From contig CM068747.1 in the NCBI GenBank assembly GCA_035084275.1, forward strand, positions 4,588,001-4,652,000: a stretch of DNA of 64,000 nucleotides, read 5' to 3'. Source of the DNA: Hydrolagus colliei. Lineage: Eukaryota. The notes below the pieces were generated by a model that did no database searches, was not told where the DNA came from, and saw only the letters and a program-made list of their open reading frames with translations. Shown here piece by piece: positions 49,943 to 63,692 of this stretch. How positions within the stretch are numbered: position 1 is the stretch's first letter; the number at the start of each line of letters is the position of its first letter. A program made the position numbers and the translations under genes.

Positions 49943-51825
49943 ATAAATATGATTTTACGAAGGGTCATAACATATTTTGGTGATCGCTGGTCACATACAA
50001 CTGTTAGGAGCATGACTGACAAATCCCAAGCACTGGTTGGTATAATCTGCTCACCACTGGCTGAGCAGTACAGTGAATCGCTCGTCATGACACCCATGAT
50101 ACTGACAAGAAGCCATGCAAAGTGTTTTTCTACATGCACTGACATTATAAAGCTATGGTGCTCTCCAAAGGAAATGCCTGTTATCTCCACAGCAAACTTT
50201 TCTCTTGCATATAATTATTGCTTAATGCCTTTGGTTGCCTGTAATTTTAACAAGGTCTCTTGAAGTTGGTTTAAGTCTTGCAACCTCACAAAGAATTTCA
50301 GAGCCAGCCTGTCCTGTTATTTCTCTTATTTACTGCATTACCATAGTGGCGTTGCTTGTCTCATATACAGTGTTGAGTTTCAGCAGCAGCTTTTAGAGTC
50401 TGGAGAATATTCCACTACCCCAGATTCGGTTGTAACAGATCCTCCTTGAATATTCTGTCAATCTATTGGTATTTCTGTATCCCCAGGCCATACATTATAT
50501 CCTAGTTGTTTGAGCATTTTGAATATCTGCTCGCTGTCGCCATCAATTGTTCAGTCTGCAGAACTCTGCTGTCAAATGTGAGAGGTGAGGTAATTCAGTT
50601 ACCAGTTCCAAAAATGGGGCAACACATTCAGTCAGGTCAGAAAATAGAAATAAGAGAGAGTTGCTTGGGGTTTGTGTGAGAAGATCTTATAGAGAAGCCG
50701 TGAAAGACTCGACATACAAATAAAAAAAGAACTAATAAGTGTCATTCCTTAGCTCATCTTACATGTACCAGGTGTTATCTTGACTTGGATGGCTCTCCTC
50801 GAGGTCAGAAATTTGTGGGTTTAAAAGCCCTGACAATCCAGGCTGAAATCTCATGCCCTACTGGGGGAATGTTACATAGTGTTGGTGCTATCTTTGTGGG
50901 ACATTGCTGTCAAATTTACCGACAAAATCAAACCCTACATTTGACAGTTTTGACTTTTCAAATGTAATAAGTCACTGTGAAAATGCATTTTTTTTGTGCA
51001 TAAAATCAAATCAAAAGCATAATACCTTTAAAAAAAAAGCCATGTACACTTGTCTAAATGGTGGACAGTTTGTATGGATGGGTTTTATTTTCCCAGAAGA
51101 AACTCTAAAGCTTTACACCAAAGCTCATTTCTCTTATTTTCTGCATTACCATAGCTTTGGTGTAAAGTTTTACACAGTTTTAAAACCTCAATTTTAACCA
51201 CACGCAAATGGTTTGGTCCAAAATTAACACATAATAATAATAATCCTTGCATTTGATATAGCGCTTTTCACGTCTTCTAGACATCTCAAATCGCTTCGCA
51301 GAATATCCTGTAAAGTGAATTGACTGTATACTTGTAGGATCACACAATGTTGGCAAGTCTTGAATATAAAATAATTCTGTAATAAATAATAATAAATAAA
51401 TTCTATCTAGGCTTATCTTACATGTTAGTTTACACATTTACACACATCTGAATCATACCTGCACAGAAATGAGTCTGCTAGCAAGTGAAGAAGAATTTGA
51501 GGTGTAGTGCAAACTTTCAAGAACCTAGAAGAGCTAACAACAATATCGGCAACAAAATGACATTTGTATCACACCTTTCATGTTGGCAACAGTTTCCAAA
51601 GTCCTGAAGCACCCGAACCTATCACAGCTCCACAATGCACTGCTTTTAGCAGGAAAATGGGTAACTGATATTCCATTGCTGTTAGTAATGGAGCAAGCCC
51701 GCAGTTTTGCTGCAATTACAGGGTGAAAACTGGAAAGGAAATGCTTGCTTCAGATTTTTAGATTTTTGTGTGCAGTTTCCAAAAATAATAATCACACCTC
51801 TTATATTTGATATAGCTTGATATAG

Positions 51826-52566
51826 CACATCTTCCAGACGTCTCAAAGCGCTTCACAGAATATACTGAATTGACTGTACATTTGTTTATTGTAGGGCAAC
51901 TCCAGCAAGTCAGAGGTAGACAGAGATTGATTCCTTAACCAGTACCAGAATGTTTCTATTGACAATTACTCTTGTTTCCAGCATTAGATGGTTAATTCTT
52001 CCTTTGGTTCTTCAGAGTCACTGAAGCACTCTGAGACGCTGTCCGGCATGGAGGGTGCTATATAAATTAAACCTGTAGAAGGGACGCAGAGGGGCTTGAA
52101 ATACTGCTCCAGGCACTGACTGGATATCATGGTTATTGTCATGTGTTGGTGCACAACACTCCAGGCTAAACAGGCATCAGCTTTCAAAGAAGCGACTAAT
52201 AAGAATTCATTTCATTATTTACGTTTTCCAAACTCAATTCATTTTTTGATATCGCCATTGTTGCCGTGGGGAATTGCAAAGGAATGTTACCTCCATGTGA
52301 ATAATGATATTATTGAGTTATAGAGAAATCAATGTATATTTGGCACACTGCCCTGTCTTTTCCTCTACTGAATTGAGGCCCTTCAGACCTTCTCCCAGAT
52401 AACCATTTGACCCGGGTGAGATGACCTGAGTGAATTACATCAAGTTATTGAAACAATGGGGTGGAGGCAACACAACCAAGCCCAAACTTGTCCACACATA
52501 CATTCCCAACATTGGTCACTGGGTAGTGAACACTTCTCTTGTCCAGGGATACTAAAAGCAGTTGTG
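51826..52566 (+). repeat. Dispersed duplicate, copy B (partner 11944-12497)
   Basis: Co-linear with copy A plus several extra blocks. Confidence 0.9.
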
Positions 52567-52826
52567 CTTCACAAAATAGGCTGCAAAGTGAATTGACTGT
52601 ATATTTGTGGGCAAAACGCAGCAGCCAATTGCGCACAGCAATGTCCCACAAACAGTCGTGGATTGAAATGATCAATTTTATTATTGTGTTTTTTTTGGAT
52701 GGATTATTATTAGGCATGTGGAGTAAGGAAACTTGCCCAAGCTTTTTCCCTGATCTGACTGCATTCGAACACAGGTCTCACACTGGTAAGGCGAGTGCTC
52801 TAACCACTGAGCTACAGGAGCTCCAC
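52567..52826 (-). mobile_element. Dominant tRNA-SINE lacking its tail
   Basis: Intact head at ~52826; the body stops at the edge of duplicate copy B. Confidence 0.88.
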
Positions 52827-53129
52827 GCTCAGGAGTTCTGCTCAGTGCAGCTAAGGATCTCCTTGTTGGTACTGGAACAAGCAGAACTATCTGAGCCAAC
52901 AACAGTTTTGGCACATTGTAGTTTGTAGTAGTTGGAGCACTTTTCTGTTACTACTGGAGCAAAGCCTCAAGTGCAGTGCCAGAGGCAGTTTGCTCCAGGC
53001 AGGTATGTGCAGGGAATAATTTAGCTAATGGTTTCATAGTTTATTATCACATGCTTGGTGAGAGTGTTCATTGTTCATTGCTCTCTGCTGTTGGAATATG
53101 AAAATGTTACAGTTCCATTTCTGCATATA

Positions 53130-54285
53130 GAAACATAGCATAGAAACTGGTGTAGGATCAATCCTGTTCTGCCATTCTTCAAGATCAGAATTGATTTGTA
53201 CTCAAGGCCAATTACCCACCCTTGTCCCATATCCCTAAATACCCTGACCTAACAAATATCTAACCACCTCAGTCTTGAAGATGTGAATGGATCCAGCACC
53301 CACAGCCTTTTGAGGGTGAGAGTTCCAGATTTCCACTATCCTTTGGGTGAAAAACTGTCTCCTAATTTCACTCTTAAATATTCTAGCTCTAATTTTTAAG
53401 ATTGTGCCCCCTTGATGGGGGTTCCCCTACCAGAGGAAATAGTTATTTGTATCCACACTATTAAATCTCTTTATTAATTTAAAAACCTAAATCAGGTCAC
53501 CCCACAACCTTCCAAACTTGAGGTAATAGAGACCAGGTTTATGCAACCTGTCCTCATAATTTAATCCCTTTAGTCCTGGTACCATTCTGGTGAATCTGTG
53601 TTGCACCCTATCCAGAGCCAATATATCCTTCCTGAAGTGCAATGCTCAAAACTGAATGTAGCACTTCAGCTGATGACCGAGGTCTATATAATTGAAGCAT
53701 AATTTCTTCTCCTTTATATTCCAGCCCACTTGAGATAATAATTCCTCAAAAAAAAACACAATAATAAAAATTGGTAATTTCAATCCATGACGGTTTGTGG
53801 GACAACGCTGTGCGCAATTGGCTGCCGCGTTTCACCCACAAATGTACAGTCAATTCACCTTACAGTGTATTCTGTGAAGCTCTTTGAGACATCGATAAGA
53901 TTGAAAAGCGCTATATCAAATGCAAGAATTATTATTATTATTATAAAGGCCAACATCCCATTAGCCTTTGTGATAACATTTTGCACCTGTGAACTTGTTT
54001 TTAGTGGTTTGTGTACGTGGACACACAAATCCCTTTGTTCTTCCAGTTTTTAGTTTCTCACCATTTAAAAAATATTATATTTTGCTCATTTTGGATCCAT
54101 AGTGAATGACCTCACACTTCTCCATATTCAACTTTCTCCATACTCTCTGTTTCTTACCTCCCAACCAATTACCAAGCTACTTTGCAATGTTACCTCCAAT
54201 TCCATGCAGTTTTATTTTTGCTACTAGCTTCTTATGTGAAACCTTCTGGAAATCCATGTAGATAACATCCTTAGACGCTCTCTTA
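53130..54285 (-). mobile_element. CR1 LINE 3' ~1 kb with a nested SINE (~53738-53943, +)
   Basis: CATATAGAAACATAG tail, AGAGTTCCAGATTTCCACTATCCTTTG, CCATTCTGGTGAATCTGTGTTGCACC. The SINE splits GAGATAA|AGGCCAAC with ATAA on both sides. Confidence 0.85.
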
Positions 54286-56327
54286 TAGAGTTAGACAGAA
54301 ATATATTTGTATATTTCAAACCAGAAATTCACAAACCAGGCACTATAGACACACAATTCACATATACGTATTAAGACCTTTTCATATAGAGAAACCATGA
54401 CAATGTATGCACTTCCGAGGATAAGGTACTATTAACTCTGGCATTGGGAGCTGTGTACTGTATACACATTTGAACAACGTTGTGCCTTGCATATCATCAT
54501 TTATCATCATTATATACAGTATTAGTTTCATTCCCTAGTGACAGGCAAATTGCCCAGATCCTCCTCTTCGGCCCAGATTGCTTTGAAAACCACATCCTAT
54601 GTTTGGAACACATCGATGCTTCAACAACCATACTAATGAAATCAAGATTAAAAATGCCATCTGTTCCTGGTGAGAGAAAAAATAGGTCAGTGGAGATTTG
54701 AAAGTCTCACTTTTATACTTGGAAACTACTGTGGTTCCTTAAGTTCATACTGAGGTAACTCAGCTGCCACAGTGAGAAGCGGTTTGTGTTAACCTTGTCC
54801 ACCAACAAAAGGCTAAACTACTATCATCAATGCCCACGATTAGCTCCTCAGTTCAGATTCCCTGTTGATGTGGCCACTCCTAGAAATATGACAATTTCTG
54901 CAACTGGTTCATTTAGGATTTGGAAGCAACAATTCAGATGACAGACATTTTAAGTATGGAAGTTAAATTCTTCAAATGAGCTTCAAAGTTCTTCATAGAA
55001 TTTGAGTTAAATGCAAACAGACGCTGGTACTATGGCATTGTGGTACATTTGCATTTTGTTTTAAATTTGTTTTTAAACTTGTGTTTTGTACCTCACCCCT
55101 GAAAAATGCACGAAAATGTTGAAACTCAAGATTGCTGCCAAAAAACAGCTTATTATGTTTCCCGTATATGCTCATCAAGTACAAGCTCTTGAGAATGGTA
55201 CTGCTGAAGGGATTCAAATGCTAATTACCTTTGAAAACCCTTCACGTTCTGCAGATTGCTGGATGGCAATTTACCACTCGTTCTCAATCTAAATCTTAAA
55301 GCTGGAAATGAGCAAGTTTAAGAGACATGTAGGAATTTAATCACATTGTTGCACTGTAAGAGAGTTTCTGTTTAGGTCAGGATTTCCTCAAAACGAGAGA
55401 TAAAGTGTGCTTATCTGCAAGTCACTGGAATTCAGCAATTCAACCCTAACAGAAATGGCAACCATTGAATTAAATTATATCCAGTACACACAAAAAATTG
55501 ACATCTATAATAGGTTGTTGCATTTAGATTTCATTGTTAATAATAATCCTTGGATTTGATATAGTCTGATCACATCATTGCAATGTCTCAAAGTACTCCA
55601 TAGGATTTTTAGCGAGGACATTCTGAAAAACTCCCTTCCCTTTTCAAGTAGTGCAATGCCCACCTGAGCAAGCAGATGGGACCTCAGTTTAATGCTTCAT
55701 CCAAAGCAAGGCACTTTGACAATACCCCCCCACCCCCCAACCCCACCCCTAAATGTCAGTATTATGGTACCGTACTATTTTTCTGTTATTCAACAGCATT
55801 GGGTTTGTGATATGGTAGGAACTGTAAATTTGATATCATTTTACTTCTTAGGAATTTATACTGTTGCAATTCATACCATGACCAGTCATTTGTGCTATTA
55901 CACTATTACTGGTGCTTTAGACTGTTTATACAAATGAAGCATATCAAACACTGTGGCTTCTCTCATGATGGGAGCCTTATACTGTACCTGCCAACAGTAG
56001 TATAGTAAGTAGTAGGAGACAATGCACATATTCAGGTGCCTATGTAGCATGCCCCCACTCTGTCAATGCTGAGCATTTGAAGAAATAAGAAATCTATTAT
56101 GCGGAATCCACTTCAGTGTGAAATCTACTTGTGTACAAGTCAACTGTTCTGAGGAAGCCAGACCATCCTGGGAAATGAATGCACCAGTTTCTGTAGATGT
56201 TGAAATGAAATTCGCCAAACATTTTCGAGGCATTTACAGGACTTATTATTATTTCAGACAGAGGGTTTTTCAGGACAAGACACGCCACATCAAAAACAGT
56301 TTGGGTCTGTCCATCATATATACTCCA

Positions 56328-56843
56328 GCACTCTGCAGCTCGTGTCCTCACCCGCACCAAGCTCCGCAACCTCATCACTCCCACCCTCACTCGCCTTCAT
56401 TGACTCCCCATCACTCAGAGGATTGAATTCAAGATCCTCATACTCACCTTCAAGGCCACTCACGATCTTGCCCCTCCCAACCTCTCCGACCTGCTGTCCC
56501 CCTATGAACCTTCATGCTCCCTCCGAGCTTGGGCCTGCTTCATGTCCCCTGCCCGACCCGTGCTTTCAGCCTCTCTGCCCTCACACTCTGGAACTCCATC
56601 CCACAGTCCCTTCAGCTCACTCCCTCCCTCGCCTCCTTCAAGGCCGGTCTCAAGACCCTCTTCTTCAATCGTGCCTTCTGCTACCCTCTCAACTCTCTCC
56701 CTCCCATCCTAACTCTCTCCCTCCCCTCCCCCCTACCCCGCCTCTCTCTCCCTTGCTCGGGTCCCGATCTGAAAGTTCAGCACCTTGGGATGTCCTCCGC
56801 GTGAAAGGCGCTTTTATATATGTAATTTTATTGTTTGTTGTTG
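56328..56843 (+). mobile_element. L2 3' portion
   Basis: RAFSLSALTLWNSIPQSLQLTPSLASFKAGLKTLFFNRAF; 3' hairpin and tail. Confidence 0.9.
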
Positions 56844-59761
56844 TAATATGTGGGAGGCAGGGGAATGTCTTGCAATCCAGCAGTGATCTGCTGTAAATAT
56901 TAAATCAGGTACAGACAAGGATATGGTATCAAATCTATAGAACGACAGCAATATGAGATTGGGTAACAAAGGTTGACAGTGTGCTGCCATATTTTGAAAT
57001 GATATAATATCAATATTGTAATGTTATAACATTGATATATATCAAGCTTGGGGTTTTAAAAGCCTGAAAAATTACAGGAAGAGTTGCCAATTCGGGGAGG
57101 CAAGACATTCTGCAGTATTAAAAGTTCTGGGAATGTACATGTTAAGAGTATGAGATGGTGCAAGCTAGTTTTGATTTCAACACAGAGATTAAGATCAAAG
57201 GAAACTATATCGGATCGAGTGTTTGGAGCTTTAGAGAAACAAGAGAATAAAACATTTCAAATAATCAAACCTGCTCTCCTATTTTTGTCACCCATAGTGG
57301 TTTCCTGCATTATGATCCTTTGGTCTCAACTGAGGTTTCTCAAACAATCAAAAATGCTACTGCAATAAAAGCCACGAAAAAATGAAGAAGCATTCAAGTC
57401 AAAGGTAAACAGATCACAATCTACTCAGTCTCTGCAATCACAAAATATTATCTTTAAATGGTAGAGTACTGTTTTAAAACAATGTTTTTTTGCTTCCCAA
57501 GTACAGTAATGCTGTAATCCTGAGAATCAAGGCAAAGGCTGGCCTTTGGCCTTTCGCAATCCCCTCAGTTAGATTTGTAGATTTACTTTTTAGGCCACTT
57601 GAGCATTTGATCCTCCAATTTTCTCTGAAATGTATTTGGCTAAATCTTGGATGCGTTGCCAAGCAAAATGCTGATGGCAATCACACAAAAAGAAGGAAGA
57701 ACAGTAAGACTCCATCTTGTCTCTGGTTAGCTGTGTACTGATGGCCACTGATGTTCCTCACAAAGAAAAATTGCGCGGAGCGGACAAGCTCACATGCTGA
57801 AAACAGGAAAGATGAAAATATTAGGAAATAGTATTTTAAATCAAATCTATCAAATAAACATCGCTCAGATTCACTCACAAAATACAGTCACTCACCTTTA
57901 CAGTATGTCCTGTGAAGCGCTTTGAGATGTGAAAGGAGCTATACCATATGATAGGATTATCATTATTATTATTCTGATAGCTTAACAATATAAAATCAAA
58001 TACAAAACAGGCAGAATGATTTATGACTGAGAGCCAGCAAAATCCTTGCATTTGATATGGTGCTTTTCATATCTTATCAACGTTTCAAAGCGCTTCACAG
58101 AATATACTGTAAATTGACTGTATACCTGTGGGCAAAATGCGGCAGTCAACTGCGCACAGCAGTGTCACACAAATAGTCATGGATTGAAATGACTAATTTT
58201 TATTATTGTGGTTTTTTTTGGACGGAATCTTCTCACACCTTTCCTTTCCCCTGAGCCGTCTATAACAATAAAAAATATTAATCCTTGCATTGATACAGCA
58301 CTTTATCATCTCATTATTTATCACCTTTATCCGCCTTTGCTAGATTGCCACAGAGATCATTTTTCAGGATTCAGTTGGAGACAAAACAATTACACAAACT
58401 TGGGCTGTCAATAGATTTCTGTTCTCATTCCACCAGGAATAAGAGAGAACCGAAAGAATGTGGGAGCCATCATGTGGACAATGCTTGTATTACAACCGAA
58501 CACTGCAAGCCGGATTTGAGCCAGGATAGGGAGCGAATCAATCAAGATCTTAACATAAAGGCTAATTTGTAAAATATGGTTTAAAAGTTCAATCTCAAAA
58601 TTAAACTAAGTATCATTCACAGAGTTACTACCCTGATATGTTGTTTAGCACTATGAATAACAAATAATAATCCTTGCATTTGATATAGCACTTTTTATGT
58701 CTTCTGGACGTTTCAAAACGCTTCACAGAATATACTGTAAAGTGAATTAGCTGTATATCTGCAGGCGAAACACAGCGGCCAATTGCACACAACAATATCC
58801 CACAAGCAGTCCTTGTTTGAATTTTTTTTAGGGCCATTGCTCTGGAACCATAATTTGCCATCATCCAGCATCCAATCAGAATATAGCAGCAGAGAAATAG
58901 GCCATTTAGAGATTTATAAATTACATAAAGGCACAGCTGTTGTCACCCATTTTCCTGATGAAAATCATTCCATCTGTGCCGGTATTTTTGTTCACATGAG
59001 CCACCTAAGCAACTATAGTCTGACAGTTTAGGAATGGAAATTGGCTGTTAATAACTTAACAATCGGTACTTTTAATCTAATAACATGGTAAAATGTTAAC
59101 TAGAACGATTCGATAGAATGATGAGTCTTTCCTCTGGACCATTCAGATTCAATGCGCTTTTTGGGTTACCTACAAAACAGACAAATCTATGTGGCTGAAA
59201 TTGTTTTAACAGCTACATATCTTTATGCCCTCTATGTATCTTGCAATGCATCATTGCCTGCTTTTGGGTCCCATGAGTTCCAGAGAAATTAATGTCAGTT
59301 ACTCACTCATAGTTTAGAAAGTTTTAGCCAGTCTTCAAAAATGTTATTTTCGAGCAGTGTAGATAAACAACTTTCATTTATAATAACATCCTTCACGCAG
59401 CGTAGCATCCCTAAAGGCAGCATGAAGTGCAAGTTAAATTTATTTAAATAGATGGAAAATAGTTCCTGGGAACAGTGTTTAATATACAAATCTATGTCAT
59501 TATATTGTCACTCAAAAAAAATCAATTGAGTATACTGTACTTGTTTTGTTCGATTATTCAGACAAGTATTACTTCAGATGAAATAATGGCGCGATGGATT
59601 CCACCTTTTCTCTGCTGGGCCTAACTCACACTAACAGAAAAATAAAGAAACATTTGTGCCATGGAATCGCAGACGCTTCCTCGTCTTGCTTGTGAAATAT
59701 CCCAGTTCCCTGCTGTCAGTCCAGCTCAGCTGAAAGAGGTCTCGCCTCCCGAATCAGAAGT

Positions 59762-60729
59762 TGGTCTTGTGGCTCAGTGGTTAGAGCACTTGCCTTGCAA
59801 AAGAGAGGACCCGGGTTCAATTCCCAGGCAAGGTGAAAAGTTGGTCAAGTTTTCTTACTCCACATGAATGCCTCTGTTTACCTAGCAGTACGTAGGAACC
59901 CAGTTGTTAGTTGAATGGCAGATCGCTTTCTGGGGATAATATTCCCTTCAACATCAACCACACAAAAAAAACTTGGTCAATCAATTCATGACTGTTTGTG
60001 GGACACTACTGTGTGCAATTGGCTGCTGCTCCACCTGTGTTGGAGTAATAGTTTAGACCAGGGTGGTCTAATTGGCAACCCGTGATTTGCCCCCCGCCCC
60101 CCACCACTCCACACCCCGGCCAGCACTTTCTCCATTTCATCTGGTCTACCCACTTCCTCCATAACCTGTAAATGTTTTGTTTTGTTTCTGGAAGGGAAAC
60201 ACAAAAATATTTTGCTTATATGGCCAGCAGACTTTTCTCAAATAGGGTATCCAGGCCTCAGCAGCCAAAAAAGGTTGGACTATCCTGGTTTAGACTATGT
60301 GATTCTAAGTCCCGACATGGGGCTGAACCCACAAAAGCATGGAATGAGATAACACCACTCGGCCCACCATGCCGGTTCCTTCCACAGATCACATCATAGG
60401 ACTTATTATTATTGATTCACATAAACGTAATGTCATAAAATGCTATACAGAATTTACTGCAAGTGACTGTGTAAGACTTCACATTGTGGCTGCTTGTAGG
60501 ACATTACAGTGCGCAAATTGATTTCAGCGTTCATAATCAATTAGCAATGCCCATATGCTTTTCAAGCTGAGTTCGACCGCTCACTCAAGAGGTTCGCTAG
60601 TATTTAATTCTGCATTTTAAGACAAACGAGTTCACCCACAAAACAGTCAATCCATTACAGTCCATTCTGTGAAGCGCTTTGAGATGTCTCAACGACATGA
60701 TAAGGCAATGCATAAAATGCAAGGATCAT
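59762..60729 (+). mobile_element. Long-form tRNA-SINE split by the duplicated block
   Basis: Head at 59762 (GGCTCAGTGGTTAGAGC...GGTTCAATTCCC); body to ~60030; resumes TTCACCCACAAAACAGTCAAT at ~60631; tail ATGCAAGGATCATC. Confidence 0.85.
60035..60627 (+). repeat. 593-bp direct duplication, copy 1
   Basis: Identical by eye to 61718-62310 (offset 1683); ORFs 60172..60399 and 61855..62082 are identical. Confidence 0.95.
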
Positions 60730-61717
60730 CGTGCAATCACTGTTGTTTCCAAATTAGTTATAGTGGTAGACCTTCCCTGAGGAAGTGCATGCAGGTCAGA
60801 GGGAGCTTTTTGCAATATACAGTAGTACCAATCTGTGATGTTGTGTGAGCTGATGGTGGACGGCATCTCAGAGCACTTCACAATGGATAGTTCCAAATGA
60901 AGGAAGTTATCCAGCACAATTATTCTATATGATCACCTTGGAACACATTTATATTCTGTGAAACGCTTTAAAATGTCTCAACAACAGCAACAAAATTGCA
61001 CTTGTATAGCGCCTTTCACGTCAGAAGGATGTCCCAAGGCGTTGGACAGTCATTGTTTCAGACCCGAGCTGGGGGCGGGGAGGGTGGAGGGAAAGTGGGG
61101 GATCTAGGGTCAACAATGTGTTAAGATATTTATATCAAATGCAAGAATTAACATTATTATTAAATCTCGAGGTAATCACTCTGCTTCTTTACATGGCAGC
61201 AATGAGTAACAAAACACAGATAGCGGCAATGTTCTACTGTTACTACATGAGACCCAAGATAACAAGTCATTGTTTGTTCTTAGTTTGCAAACTCTTCCTT
61301 TTAAACATTTAGGAAATACAATGCTTTGTTTACACTTTTAGGAGTAAACCTTCCTCTGGTGTTATCTGTACCAGCTAATGAATTGAGCTTCTTCTCTGCA
61401 CGAAACATAACTTGCAATCATTATTTTTGTCAGCTATTACAGTACAGTACTGTAATAATCTTTACATTTGATATAGCTCCTTATCATTGTACTTCACATG
61501 ATATACTGTAAAGTAGATTTACTATATTTTGTGGATGGATTGATTATATTTGACAAACGTCAGTTTTGCACTCAGGAATACCCCACAAACAGCCATGAAA
61601 TAATACCTTCCCTTTTTGAATAGTGCCATAGATCTTTAATGTCCATCTGGTCAGGCAGATCAGTTTGTTATCTCATCCGAAGAACGCCATCTCCATCAAT
61701 GCCACACACCTCCAGCA

Positions 61718-62310
61718 CTGTGTTGGAGTAATAGTTTAGACCAGGGTGGTCTAATTGGCAACCCGTGATTTGCCCCCCGCCCCCCACCACTCCACACCCC
61801 GGCCAGCACTTTCTCCATTTCATCTGGTCTACCCACTTCCTCCATAACCTGTAAATGTTTTGTTTTGTTTCTGGAAGGGAAACACAAAAATATTTTGCTT
61901 ATATGGCCAGCAGACTTTTCTCAAATAGGGTATCCAGGCCTCAGCAGCCAAAAAAGGTTGGACTATCCTGGTTTAGACTATGTGATTCTAAGTCCCGACA
62001 TGGGGCTGAACCCACAAAAGCATGGAATGAGATAACACCACTCGGCCCACCATGCCGGTTCCTTCCACAGATCACATCATAGGACTTATTATTATTGATT
62101 CACATAAACGTAATGTCATAAAATGCTATACAGAATTTACTGCAAGTGACTGTGTAAGACTTCACATTGTGGCTGCTTGTAGGACATTACAGTGCGCAAA
62201 TTGATTTCAGCGTTCATAATCAATTAGCAATGCCCATATGCTTTTCAAGCTGAGTTCGACCGCTCACTCAAGAGGTTCGCTAGTATTTAATTCTGCATTT
62301 TAAGACAAAC
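61718..62310 (+). repeat. 593-bp direct duplication, copy 2 (probable donor)
   Basis: Its left end is continuous with an old minus-strand Deu-SINE (~61450-61728). Confidence 0.95.
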
Positions 62311-63444
62311 CAGTTCCAGCAAGTTAAACTCCAGCAAAGTCTAGAAACCACGGGAGTGGAACCCAGTTTTAAAGAGTCACAGAAATGAATTGACTGTTAT
62401 AAGCCCTGGTCTACGGAAGCTGTCACTGAGATGAGGTTCAATTATCTGCTGACTAAGGAAGTTACTCTTTGAACATTTGGTTAGCAGCTGAATAACAAAA
62501 CTGCATTTACAAAGCGCCCTCAATGCCAGGTGGCGTCTCAGAGTGCTTAACAATAGCGGAGGCCGAGAGCGAGCCAGGAGGAGGCCAAACCATGTACTCT
62601 CACTGAGCATGTGATGCCTTTGGACTTTGATTGCAGAATTCCTTAGTTCATTTTAGAGCCTTCAACGCATTTGTTTTACAATAAGCATTCACTCTGTGAG
62701 CTTTAGTGTTTCGATTTTTACAATAGTCCAGTCAGTGTCTTATGGTGCCAAAACCTCTCTCAGCCCCTCATAGACACACACAGTAACTATTTTGAAATGC
62801 AGTTATTGATCTATATGTAGTGTGGCAGTCAATCTGCGCCAACAGTATTCTGAAAACAGTAATTAGAAAGGTAGCTAATTCCTCTGCTTTTCCCATGGTC
62901 AATTTGAACGCAGGGGGAATGTTGGCCAGGACAAGTCGGAAATCTCCCAGCTCCTCTTCAAGATATGGGGAATGGGATCTTTGACATGCAACACCAACAG
63001 GCAGACAAAACAAATTGGGTTTCTTTTGAAGGGGGAAAGGGTGACCCGGCTTTATTTTTGTCTTGCCATTCCACTGCTGCACATTTCCTTAGAAGGTCGC
63101 AGACATCCTACTTGCAGGTTGTATTCCAAATAATCAGTCAACCACAATTACACGAGAAAAACTTCAAAAGCAATTTGTGCAAACGAGTAATAATAATCCT
63201 TGTTTGATACAACACTTATTGTGTCCAAATGTTTCAAAGGGCTTCAAATGTAGTTACTGTATATTTATGGACCAATACTGTATCTATTTGGTATCCAGCA
63301 CTATCCCACAATAGCCATGAAGTGAATTAGTCACAGGATTGTTAGCCAGGAAACCAGGAGAAATTCCCTTCTCTTTTCATATGGTGTGGTTGTATCTTTA
63401 ATATCCATCTGAAATGGCATTCATTGCATAATTCACAATCAGCA

Positions 63445-63692
63445 AAAATAATCTTGATTTTATATAGCGCTTTTCACGTCTACTAACTCATCTCAAAGCG
63501 CTTCACAGAATACGCTGTCAAGTGAATTATCCTCATATTTGTGGGCGAAACTCGGCAGCCAATTGCACACAGCAGATTGTCCCACAAACAACCGTGGGTT
63601 GAAATGACCAAGTTATTATTGCTTTTTTAAAATTATCATTAGGCATGTGGGGTAAGGAAAGCTTCGCCCAAGGTTTCGACCTATAGGACTCC
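63445..63692 (-). mobile_element. Dominant tRNA-SINE with deleted head
   Basis: Standard body and tail. Confidence 0.85.

Noticed and set aside
41513-57797. Further possible minus-strand exons (~41.5-41.66 kb, ~50.05-50.10 kb, ~55.2-55.3 kb, ~57.8 kb)
   Set aside because: Weak or ambiguous splice sites and no recognisable peptide; they cannot be linked credibly to the chain.
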